DNA of 64,000 nt from the NCBI GenBank assembly GCA_039804105.1, contig JBDRZU010000001.1:96001-160000 (forward strand), in the 5' to 3' direction. The stretch is from a candidate division WOR-3 bacterium. GTDB taxonomy: Bacteria; Hydrothermota; 32-111. The notes beneath the pieces were generated by a model that saw only the letters and a list, made by a program, of their open reading frames with translations, made no database searches and was not told the DNA's origin. Made by a program: the position numbers and the translations under genes. Positions 55,400 to 64,000 of the stretch are shown here, piece by piece; within the stretch, counting starts at the first letter, position 1; each line of letters starts with the position of its first letter.

Positions 55400-58300
55400 A
55401 AGTTTTAAAGATTTTTCTTCCAATTCTAATCTTCATATATATTTTTTCTCAGGATGTATTGAATCTTGAAAAAAAATTTCTTGAATACAAAAAGGAATTT
55501 GATGGATATAAACAGTTGATTGAATTTGATGAGGTCAATAACCTTGTTATTTTCAAAAGTTTCTATAAAGATTATTTTTTAGGAATAGATTCGCTAAAAA
55601 CAAAAGAGATCTATTTCGCACAGAAAAATGAAAAGATGATCAGAGAAATGTTGACTGCGAATTTCAAAGAATCGTTTAGAACTTCAACTTCAACTGGTCT
55701 TATAGGTGATATAGACATCCCTATAACTTTTGGTAAGATGAAATCATTTTTTGGTGAAGGTGGAAAACTCGTTGTGGAAGGTTCCGAAAGGATAGATTAT
55801 TCGGGTAGTAAAACTTTTGACCTTACTGCTATTGAAAAAGGAACCGCTAATATTTCGTGGATTCCTGAGTTTATGCTTAAACAACAACTTATAGTCAATG
55901 TGACTGGGAGTGTCGGAGACAGGATAAAAGTTAATCTGAAACATAATAGTGAAACTGAAAAAAAATCTGACAATACTGTTGTTCTTGAATACAAAGGACT
56001 TGATGATGATATAATACAAACAGTTCAAGCTGGAGATGTATCTTTGACTTTACCGGGTATAAAACTTATCGGTGGGACACCTCAACACAAAGGACTTTTT
56101 GGAATAAAGGGAAGTGGACAACTTGGGGGGGTGAATTTTACTTTTGTAGCTTCAAAAGAATCTGGAGAGAATGAACAGAAACAGTTTGTCGGAAATACGA
56201 GTGTTGATTCTATAAGAATATATGATATCGATTATCAAAAAAATAGATTTTTTCTTTTAGGTCTTTCGTCCTCAGATTCTATAATACTTCTGAATGTGTA
56301 TAAAGATGATGGTATTGGTACAAATAATGATGAAGAGGGAGTATTGCCGGCAAAGTTATACTTGAATCCTTCAACGAGAGATTCACTTTTTTTTGTGGGT
56401 AATTTTTCTTTGATGATTCCTGGTGAGGATAAGGATTACATTTATTATAAGAATGGACAGTTCATAGAATTCACTTCTACACTTGCATCTTCAGAAGTGA
56501 TTGGAATATCATATATTGTTAAAAGATCTAATGGCCGAATCGATACTGTTGGAAATTTTGGATATGTTGATACACTGGTCTTAAAAATAATAAAACAGAA
56601 GGACGACTATCCTTTTTCTCCAACATGGGAATATATGATGAAAAATGTTTATTCTTTCAACTCTAAAAACATCATTCCAGAAAGTTTTAAACTTTCGATA
56701 AAAAAGGTTAATACAGGATCAGGAGAGGATTATGAGTTACAGGGGAATACAACCTATCTCAAACTTTTGGGACTTGATCAGAACAATGACGGAAAGATTG
56801 ATCTTAACTATGTAGATTTCAATAGAGGTTTTTTGATTTTTCCAACTCTTTATCCTTTTGATTCTGATAGTTTGATAGATAAGGATTCTATTATTTACTG
56901 GACAATAGAAAGTGGAACTTCCGTTGGAAGAAAATATTATCTTGATATAAAATATAGTGGTAGTCAATCTGTGTATTCGTTGGGCACTTTTAACATAATC
57001 GAGGGTTCCGAAGTTGTCAGAGTTAATGGAGTGACTTTAACAAAAGATAAGGACTATACTATCGATTACGAATATGGAATAGTCAATTTTTTAACCGATG
57101 TTGTAAACTCTCCAAATGCACAGATAACAATAGATTATCAGTACTCACCATTTCTTTCTCTAACATCTAAAAATCTTTTGGGAATGCATTTAGATTATCA
57201 ACTTTCAGATAAACTTTTTGCAAATTCGAACTGGTTATACAACACTCTTTCATACAATCTTGAAGATTATCCCAAAATAGGAGAGGAACCACAGGAGATA
57301 CTTCTTGGAGAGGGAGATGTTTCATACAATGAAATTTTTTATTCTTTAAGTGATCTTGCGAACTTTTTACCATTCTATAATACTACTTCTCCCTCAAAGT
57401 TTTCAGTTGTTTCCAAAATGGCTCTCTCTAAACCTGAAAACAACAGTGCTAAAAAAGCTTCGATCGAAAATATGGAATCGGTTATTGTTTCAAATGATCT
57501 GTCTATAGATAGGAAATCATGGGTTTTTGGTTCTTTACCTTTTGGTTTTGATCCAAACAATCTATCTTACAAGTATTATTGGTATAATTCGATTGAACTT
57601 GTTGGTAATATAAATTCTTTGTTACCTGATGTAGAAAAAACAAAAGATGTTTCCGTGATGAAAATCTTTATGGATAACTCTGTTTCCTCTACGAACACAT
57701 TCATCTCTTTGAACCAACTCATTTCAAGAACGGGAATCGATCTTACAGACATGATGTTTTTAGAAGTTTGGGTTAAAGGTAATGAAGGGAAAGTTGTTTT
57801 AGAGGTCGGGAAAAATATTCCTGAAGATATGGTCAGAAGGAGAAAAGATAAAACTCTTGCCGGTCCTGATGGTATTTTACAAACTGAGGATAAAAACAAT
57901 GATGGAATCCTTGATGTAAATGAGGATACAGGTCTTGATGGTGTATATGGTTCTGATTCTTTAAATGTCCCAGGTGATGATGGTAATGATGATTATTATT
58001 ATTCTTTGTCCCAACAATATTACTATGACAAAATAAATGGAACCGAGAATAACAATCTTTTTGATACGGAGGATCTTGATAGAGATGGTTCTTTGAACAC
58101 GAGAGATGATTATTACAGGTTTACTATAAATTTAAACTCTGATGAAAACCTTGTTTACAAAAATCCGATCACAAACTGGAAACTTTATAGAATTCCAATA
58201 CAATCAAATTCAGTAGAAAAAATTGGAAATCCGGATCTTAAATATATTAAATATGCACGTCTTTACTGGTATGGAATTTCAGGAAATGATACACTCTCGA

Positions 58301-60816
58301 TATATCAAATTTCAATGATAACAAACAAGTGGAAAAGTAAAATTGTAAATGGTGATAGTTCCAAATTTTTCTTTGGAGCGAAAAACAATCAAACTGATCC
58401 CGATTACTACCCACCTTACAATCCAGGTGTTGATTTTAATGGTAAACCCAAAAGAGAACAGTCGATGGTTATCTATTGTAACAATTTTTATCACAACGAA
58501 TCTGGAAAAGTTTATAAAGTTTTACCAGTACGCGAAAGTTATGAAAGGTATCAAACACTCCAGTTTTACATCAGATCAACAAACTCTGATTCATTCAATT
58601 TCTATTTGAAATTTGGTGGTGATTCTTTAAATTATTATTTTATAAAGTATACTCCAACATCCAAATGGGATACTGTTACAGTTTTTCTTGATTCACTTGT
58701 GAATTTGAAAAAGAATAATCTTGATAAATCTTTTGCTGAGAAAGATATATATGGATTCTTTGGTTCTCCATCTTTAACAAATATTGGATATCTTGAACTG
58801 TATGTTCAAAATATTGGAAACGATTCTGAATCTACGGAAATTTGGATTGATGATATAATGGTGATTAACCCAAAGAATGAAATGGGTTATGCTGGAGATA
58901 TATCATCTAACCTTGAAATCCCTGAACTTTTAAATATTTCATTTTTAACTGGAATTAGAAATCCTTATTTTAAAACTATAAGTGACAAGTATGGTTCAGG
59001 AAATTTTAACAGCAATTATAGATTTTCTTTCTCATTAAATGGTGAAAAACTTTTGCCTGAATTTTTTGGAATCATTTCACCTGTAACTTTCTCCTATTCA
59101 AAATCGACTAACAGACCTGTGTACTATATTGGTTCAGATTACACTCTTACACAGGAAGAGATCAAAAGATTTTCAAATTTCACAACATCTTCAAATTTCA
59201 GTGCAAGTGTTAAGAGGTCAAATAATTTCACGAACAGATTTTTACATTATATTTTTGATATTCCTTCATTATCCTATACGAATTCATCATCTAATAATTT
59301 GACATATAATAGAACAGATTCGACAAAAACAAATTCTGTTTCTTCAAATTTTGGTTACAACTTTAACATTTTACCACTAAAAATTTTAAGAAATTTTGAA
59401 TTTTTTTATTTCCCATCCAATATTACTTATAACCTTTCCTATTCAACAAATGAAACAAAATCATTTTTGCTTGGAGAGAATGGTTTTGTGAATGTTGGAG
59501 GAAATTTTTTGAAGAATTTTAACAGATCCTTTTCAACAAGATACAAGATTTTCAGATCTCTCGAACTGAATTATTCGGATAGTAAAATACATGATCTTTT
59601 ACAGAAGAATAATGAATTCTTGGGATTTTTAGGAAAAAAAATTGGAGAGAACAATAGTATTAATATCAACTATAACCCCGTGTTTATAAGATATTTGACT
59701 CACTCGTTAAATATTACGACAAATTATTCTGAGAGAAACAACAGTAATCTTTATTCTCTTGATTCTTTATTTTCAACAGATCTTTCTCAAAACACAAGGT
59801 TATCCTTGAATGGAAACTTTGATTATGCAAAGATATTAAAACTTGTTACTCAACTCAGAGACGAATCAAAAGATTCTATCGCTTTGACTGGATCTCCTCA
59901 CTGGATTGCTATTTACTTTGAAAAATTTTTGAACAATTTTTCCGGTCTAAACTATTCGTTTTCTACGAATAGAACTTTATCTTTCAACTATGTTAAAGGA
60001 AATCCATCGTTCTTGTTTAAAGTAGGTGTTTTTGATAGTTTGCCATCCGATTACTTTTCTTCATATTCCCAGGTAAGAAACAACAATAACTATTCATATT
60101 CTTTTTCATCTGGTTTTTCGATATGGAATTTTGATGTCAGAGGTTCATATTCGTTTTCTTTTAACAGGAGTGCACAGAACCAGAATATAATTAAGGATAC
60201 GAATAAAAAGTGGCCAAACATCTCTTTAACATTATCTAATATTGAGCAGATAAAACCTCTTTATAAGTTTTTTAGATATTTGAATGCTTCAACAAGTGTT
60301 TCTAAAGGTGAAATATTCTCTTTTATGAATGATACAATTTTGAACAGAAACAGTAATTCTCTAGACTTTTATCCACTTATAGGGTTATCAGGTGCAACAT
60401 TTTTCAATTTGAATTTCAATTACAATTTTAACTATACAAATTCTGTTTCGAATTCTTATTCAGGGATTGAACTTTCGCGAGAAAATAAAACATATTCGAA
60501 CACTCTATCTTTCAACTATGCTTTTTCTTCACCATCGGGTATAAATATACCTATTATCAATAAAGTTCTAAAATTCAAATCAACTTTAAACACTGGAATA
60601 GATTTCTCTTATACGAAAGTTCAGGATCTTGACATTACCAACAACAATCTTGTCGAGGATAAAATCCTTTATGATATCAAACCTAGAGCGGATTACAATT
60701 TCACCAACAATGTATCAGGTGGTATTAACTTCACATTTTCAAGAAGTGAAGATAGAAAGAGGGGAGATAAGAGACAACTTATAAGTTTGGGGTTCTGGAC
60801 TCTGTTTAGATTTTAA
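55396..60816 (+). CDS. sprA: SprA-like outer-membrane translocon (type IX secretion core)
   Basis: Signal peptide; QQLIVNVTG, GLFGIK, GSEVVRVNGVTL..DKDYTIDYEYG, EDLDRDGSL; long amphipathic beta-strand C-terminus ending in Phe. Confidence 0.82.
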   Translation: MKVLKIFLPILIFIYIFSQDVLNLEKKFLEYKKEFDGYKQLIEFDEVNNLVIFKSFYKDYFLGIDSLKTKEIYFAQKNEKMIREMLTANFKESFRTSTSTGLIGDIDIPITFGKMKSFFGEGGKLVVEGSERIDYSGSKTFDLTAIEKGTANISWIPEFMLKQQLIVNVTGSVGDRIKVNLKHNSETEKKSDNTVVLEYKGLDDDIIQTVQAGDVSLTLPGIKLIGGTPQHKGLFGIKGSGQLGGVNFTFVASKESGENEQKQFVGNTSVDSIRIYDIDYQKNRFFLLGLSSSDSIILLNVYKDDGIGTNNDEEGVLPAKLYLNPSTRDSLFFVGNFSLMIPGEDKDYIYYKNGQFIEFTSTLASSEVIGISYIVKRSNGRIDTVGNFGYVDTLVLKIIKQKDDYPFSPTWEYMMKNVYSFNSKNIIPESFKLSIKKVNTGSGEDYELQGNTTYLKLLGLDQNNDGKIDLNYVDFNRGFLIFPTLYPFDSDSLIDKDSIIYWTIESGTSVGRKYYLDIKYSGSQSVYSLGTFNIIEGSEVVRVNGVTLTKDKDYTIDYEYGIVNFLTDVVNSPNAQITIDYQYSPFLSLTSKNLLGMHLDYQLSDKLFANSNWLYNTLSYNLEDYPKIGEEPQEILLGEGDVSYNEIFYSLSDLANFLPFYNTTSPSKFSVVSKMALSKPENNSAKKASIENMESVIVSNDLSIDRKSWVFGSLPFGFDPNNLSYKYYWYNSIELVGNINSLLPDVEKTKDVSVMKIFMDNSVSSTNTFISLNQLISRTGIDLTDMMFLEVWVKGNEGKVVLEVGKNIPEDMVRRRKDKTLAGPDGILQTEDKNNDGILDVNEDTGLDGVYGSDSLNVPGDDGNDDYYYSLSQQYYYDKINGTENNNLFDTEDLDRDGSLNTRDDYYRFTINLNSDENLVYKNPITNWKLYRIPIQSNSVEKIGNPDLKYIKYARLYWYGISGNDTLSIYQISMITNKWKSKIVNGDSSKFFFGAKNNQTDPDYYPPYNPGVDFNGKPKREQSMVIYCNNFYHNESGKVYKVLPVRESYERYQTLQFYIRSTNSDSFNFYLKFGGDSLNYYFIKYTPTSKWDTVTVFLDSLVNLKKNNLDKSFAEKDIYGFFGSPSLTNIGYLELYVQNIGNDSESTEIWIDDIMVINPKNEMGYAGDISSNLEIPELLNISFLTGIRNPYFKTISDKYGSGNFNSNYRFSFSLNGEKLLPEFFGIISPVTFSYSKSTNRPVYYIGSDYTLTQEEIKRFSNFTTSSNFSASVKRSNNFTNRFLHYIFDIPSLSYTNSSSNNLTYNRTDSTKTNSVSSNFGYNFNILPLKILRNFEFFYFPSNITYNLSYSTNETKSFLLGENGFVNVGGNFLKNFNRSFSTRYKIFRSLELNYSDSKIHDLLQKNNEFLGFLGKKIGENNSININYNPVFIRYLTHSLNITTNYSERNNSNLYSLDSLFSTDLSQNTRLSLNGNFDYAKILKLVTQLRDESKDSIALTGSPHWIAIYFEKFLNNFSGLNYSFSTNRTLSFNYVKGNPSFLFKVGVFDSLPSDYFSSYSQVRNNNNYSYSFSSGFSIWNFDVRGSYSFSFNRSAQNQNIIKDTNKKWPNISLTLSNIEQIKPLYKFFRYLNASTSVSKGEIFSFMNDTILNRNSNSLDFYPLIGLSGATFFNLNFNYNFNYTNSVSNSYSGIELSRENKTYSNTLSFNYAFSSPSGINIPIINKVLKFKSTLNTGIDFSYTKVQDLDITNNNLVEDKILYDIKPRADYNFTNNVSGGINFTFSRSEDRKRGDKRQLISLGFWTLFRF

Positions 60817-60825
60817 TCTCTTCTA

Positions 60826-60854
60826 TTGTCTTTTCAACAAAAAAGTTTTATAAT
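60826..60854 (+). promoter_or_regulatory. sigma70-type promoter of the HK-RR-EAL-mutL run (leaderless)
   Basis: TTGTCT-17nt-TATAAT, 7 nt before ATG 60862; no SD. Confidence 0.65.
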
Positions 60855-60861
60855 TATAATA

Positions 60862-62223
60862 ATGAAAAAGGATAAAACTTTTTTTTATCTACTGATTTTT
60901 CTGTTTTCCTTTTTACTTTTCTGGTTTTTTGTTTCAGTTATTGTGAATGTAGTCCTTGATAAACTTATTGATATAAATCTTAAAAATAAAAGTGAAAGAT
61001 ACCTTCAACAAACACTATCCAACCAGCAGATTTCTTTGATCGATGAGGATCTGGTTGCTGTGATAGTTTTTGATAATGAAAATTTCTATCAAAATAGTAT
61101 AATTTACAAAAATGATATGTTTGAGGTGAATGATCTTTCATCCTATCCCAAAATTTATAAATACAATCTTCCAAATGAGAATAGATCAATACTTTTTGTA
61201 TATAAAGAAACCCAATCAAAATTTAGATTCGCTTTAATCTTACAATTTATTTTTGGTAGTGCACTGTTCGTATTTATCCTTTATTTTATGTTCGTTTTAA
61301 AAGATAGGAGACAAAAAAGTATTTTGAGTATTGTCGAATCTATAAAAAATGGTGAATTTGATAATAAAAATGAGAGTGATGAATTCTATGATTTATTCTC
61401 GACTATAAATGAGATAGTAAAAAAGAAGGAAAGTGAAATTGATAGGTTAAAAGGAGTTATAAGTATTTTAAAGGATCAGAATTTTTCTTTAAAGGAGATG
61501 GATAGTGCAAAATCAAGTGTAATTGAAAATATTTCTCATGAATTGAAAACTCCATTAACTAAAATAAAAGGTTATCTTGAGTACATGTATTCTGAAAAAA
61601 TGGGAGAATTGCAGCCAGCTCAAAAGGATGCTTTAACTGTTGTTATAAAAAATGTCAACTCAATACTAAATCAGATTGATAAAATAATAAAATATGCAAA
61701 ATCAGAATACATAAACCTTGAAAGAGAAATTTTTGATCTTAGAAAAGTTTTAAAAGATATTGTTGACACATATATTCCTATTTCGAATGAAAAAAATATC
61801 AAGATTGTTCTTGATACTTCAAATCTTGAAACTCCCATTTATGCCGATAAGAATGCTCTTGTAGAAGCATTAGATAACATAATAAATAATGCCTTGAAAT
61901 TCACTCAAAAGGATGGTAATATTACTATAACAGGATATGAAAAAATGGATAACAACAATCTTTATGCTGTGATAAGAGTTGAGGATACAGGAATTGGAAT
62001 ACCAGCAGATAAAATCGATAAGATATTTGACAGATTCTATCAGGTCGAACAAACAAGTTCAAAAAAGTATCCTGGAATGGGCCTTGGACTTGCAATAGTA
62101 AAAACGATTATAAATGCTCATAATGGAACTATTGATGTATCTTCTGTCGTAGGAAAGGGGACAAACGTGAAGATAGTTTTACCTTTAAAGGTTAAAGGAG
62201 GGGAAAATGAAGCAAAAGGATGA
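60862..62223 (+). CDS. Membrane sensor histidine kinase
   Basis: Two TMs, H-box ISHELKTPL, N-box NNALKFT, DTGIGI, FDRFYQV, GMGLGLAI. Confidence 0.95.
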   Translation: MKKDKTFFYLLIFLFSFLLFWFFVSVIVNVVLDKLIDINLKNKSERYLQQTLSNQQISLIDEDLVAVIVFDNENFYQNSIIYKNDMFEVNDLSSYPKIYKYNLPNENRSILFVYKETQSKFRFALILQFIFGSALFVFILYFMFVLKDRRQKSILSIVESIKNGEFDNKNESDEFYDLFSTINEIVKKKESEIDRLKGVISILKDQNFSLKEMDSAKSSVIENISHELKTPLTKIKGYLEYMYSEKMGELQPAQKDALTVVIKNVNSILNQIDKIIKYAKSEYINLEREIFDLRKVLKDIVDTYIPISNEKNIKIVLDTSNLETPIYADKNALVEALDNIINNALKFTQKDGNITITGYEKMDNNNLYAVIRVEDTGIGIPADKIDKIFDRFYQVEQTSSKKYPGMGLGLAIVKTIINAHNGTIDVSSVVGKGTNVKIVLPLKVKGGENEAKG

Positions 62224-62599
62224 AAAGGTAAAAAAGATACTTATAATTGATGACGATGAGGATATAATAAGTTTGATAAGGATCATTCTTGAAAATGAAA
62301 GTTATACAGTCATAGGTGCTTTGAGTGGTGATGAAGGAATCAAAATGGCTTTGAAAGAAAAACCTGATCTGATATTACTTGATATAATGATGCCAGGAAC
62401 TGATGGATGGGAAGTTATGAAGATGCTCCATACTGACGAAAAAACGAGAAAAATTCCTGTTGCAATGTTAACCTGCAAAACCGATGTTAGAGATAAATTA
62501 ACTGGTCTTCAGGAGGGAGCAATAGATTATATAACAAAACCCTTCTCCCCTGAAGAGTTGATAACAAGGGTAAACAAAATATTTAAAATCTTAAACTGA
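62207..62599 (+). CDS. Single-domain response regulator (receiver only)
   Basis: ILIIDDD, LLDIMMPGTDG, LT, YITKPF; AAGGAGG SD. Confidence 0.95.
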   Translation: MKQKDEKVKKILIIDDDEDIISLIRIILENESYTVIGALSGDEGIKMALKEKPDLILLDIMMPGTDGWEVMKMLHTDEKTRKIPVAMLTCKTDVRDKLTGLQEGAIDYITKPFSPEELITRVNKIFKILN

Positions 62600-62611
62600 G
62601 ATGGAGTGTTG

Positions 62612-63916
62612 ATGAACGAAAAAGATTACTTTCAGATGCATACAGAATGGTTAAGGTATAAAAGTTGTCTATTCGATATGAATACAGGTCTACCTGTACT
62701 TCCTCTTGTAATCGAAGATATCAGAAAACTCTCAGATGATTATGGTAAAGTTGTTGTCATCTACATTGACATTACCAAAGATATAGAGTCGTTGTACGGA
62801 TGGCAGATGTATGATAAGTTGATTCGACAGACGGTTAATTCAATATCATTTTTGAAAAAAGAAATACTTCCAGAAAATACGATCATCACACTTACCGGCG
62901 TTAGAAGTGGAGAGATCCTACTTTTTCTTTCAACCGATAAAAATGGTAATATACTTTCCAACGATGATGTTGAAAAAATTGAAAGAAGGATCAAATCAAA
63001 AATTGAGAATGAACTCCCAGGATGGGAACCGAACTATATTTTTGCGACAAAAGTTTTTAGAACAGGATATTCATTTTTCACAAAAAGTCCAACAAGAAGA
63101 ATGGAAAGAACAATTTTTCAAGCAATTGATAAAGCAAGAAGAATCATTGAAAGACAGAAAGAGGAAGCGCGACTCGATAGAGATCTCAACCTTGAATACA
63201 TAATTGCAAACAACGAGATAAACACTGTGTATCAGCCAATAATCGATTTAAAAAATGGTGAGATTCTTGGATATGAAGCTTTGTCGAGAATAACTAACGA
63301 TTCGTTTCTTTCAAACTCTGAAATTCTTTTTTCCTATGCTGTTGAAACAGATATGCTTCTTGATCTTGAAAGAATATGTAGAACGAATGCTGTGTTACAT
63401 CTACCAGAAAAACTAAATGGTAAATTACTTTTTTTGAACTCGAGTGCAAAAGGTATCTATGATCCTGAGTTCAAGTCAAAAAAATTTGAGAACTTTCTTG
63501 AAGAACATTCTATACCAAAAGAAAATGTAGTTATTGAGATAACAGAGAAACTCGCTGTAACTGATTATCAATCGTTTGACAAATCGGTAAAGATTTTAAA
63601 AGATAAAGGTTTTAAAATCGCGATAGATGATATGGGGGCTGGATACTCTTCTTTAAGAACGATCTCAGAGTTGAAACCAAACTTTTTAAAATATGATATG
63701 GCTCTGATCAGGGATATACATAAAAATTTAATAAAAAAAGATCTTCTTGAAACTCTTATTCCTTTTACCGAAAGATTGGGATCAGAGATAATAGCAGAAG
63801 GTATCGAAACTGAAGAAGAATTCGAAACTTTGAAGAGTATAGGCATAAAATATGGACAGGGTTTCTTTATCGCTATTCCTGAGAATCCTTTCCCTAAAAT
63901 AAAAATTAAAAGTTAA
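62612..63916 (+). CDS. EAL c-di-GMP phosphodiesterase with degenerate N-terminal GGDEF domain
   Basis: YQPI, YEALSR, LFLN, IEITE, IDDMGAGYSSL, KYD, AEGIE, QGF. The N-terminal DMNTGLP...YG...D...RSGEI lacks GGDEF. Confidence 0.9.
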   Translation: MNEKDYFQMHTEWLRYKSCLFDMNTGLPVLPLVIEDIRKLSDDYGKVVVIYIDITKDIESLYGWQMYDKLIRQTVNSISFLKKEILPENTIITLTGVRSGEILLFLSTDKNGNILSNDDVEKIERRIKSKIENELPGWEPNYIFATKVFRTGYSFFTKSPTRRMERTIFQAIDKARRIIERQKEEARLDRDLNLEYIIANNEINTVYQPIIDLKNGEILGYEALSRITNDSFLSNSEILFSYAVETDMLLDLERICRTNAVLHLPEKLNGKLLFLNSSAKGIYDPEFKSKKFENFLEEHSIPKENVVIEITEKLAVTDYQSFDKSVKILKDKGFKIAIDDMGAGYSSLRTISELKPNFLKYDMALIRDIHKNLIKKDLLETLIPFTERLGSEIIAEGIETEEEFETLKSIGIKYGQGFFIAIPENPFPKIKIKS

Positions 63917-63917
63917 A

Positions 63918-64000
63918 GTGAAGATAAAACTTTTACCTGAGTCGGTCTATTCTTTCATAGCGGCTGGTGAGGTAATCGATAGACCTTCCTCAGTTGTGAG
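63918..64000 (+). CDS. mutL: DNA mismatch repair protein MutL, N-terminal fragment (runs off window end)
   Basis: GTG 63918 reads MKIKLLPESVYSFIAAGEVIDRPSSVV, the MutL IAAGEV..RP motif. Not in the supplied ORF track. Confidence 0.92.
   Translation, partial: MKIKLLPESVYSFIAAGEVIDRPSSVV

Noticed and set aside
541..63846. Numerous 60-183 aa ORFs nested in or antisense to confident genes
   Set aside because: Typical shadow ORFs of an AT-rich genome, without SD, motifs or room for promoters.
1..64000. CRISPR arrays, tRNA/rRNA genes, inteins, stop-codon recoding
   Set aside because: No spacer-repeat periodicity or suitable intergenic space, DnaB and other hosts are of normal length, and TGA/TAG/TAA all end genes at expected positions.

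Overview
AT-rich (roughly 30% GC by eye), very gene-dense bacterial chromosomal segment with about 58 CDSs. Most lie on the + strand and many have overlapping start/stop codons. Content is mainly housekeeping: rpe, guaA, mtaB/miaB, mutS, ftsK, recF, typA, yicC-gmk-rpoZ-coaBC-udg-dnaB, mlaEFD-radA-recJ, tilS-hpt-ftsH-folE-folP-cdaA, nfo and the start of mutL. SprA, a DUF2723 protein and Mla point to a diderm of the FCB superphylum; a WOR-3/TA06-like lineage is a guess only. No rRNA, tRNA, CRISPR, IS or prophage was seen. Most notable observations: (1) a sigma54-driven minor type IV pilin operon whose PilW-like subunit is an 859-aa pilin-adhesin fusion; (2) a lexA-small ORF-Y-polymerase cassette with a 20-bp palindromic candidate SOS box; (3) at least six apparently leaderless sigma70 promoters, mostly with 16-nt spacers; (4) D-[ST]-hydrophobic O-glycosylation sequons enriched in exported proteins, together with a TMEM260/DUF2723-type candidate O-mannosyltransferase near sprA; (5) a FolE with substituted active-site residues next to an N-terminally extended FolP.
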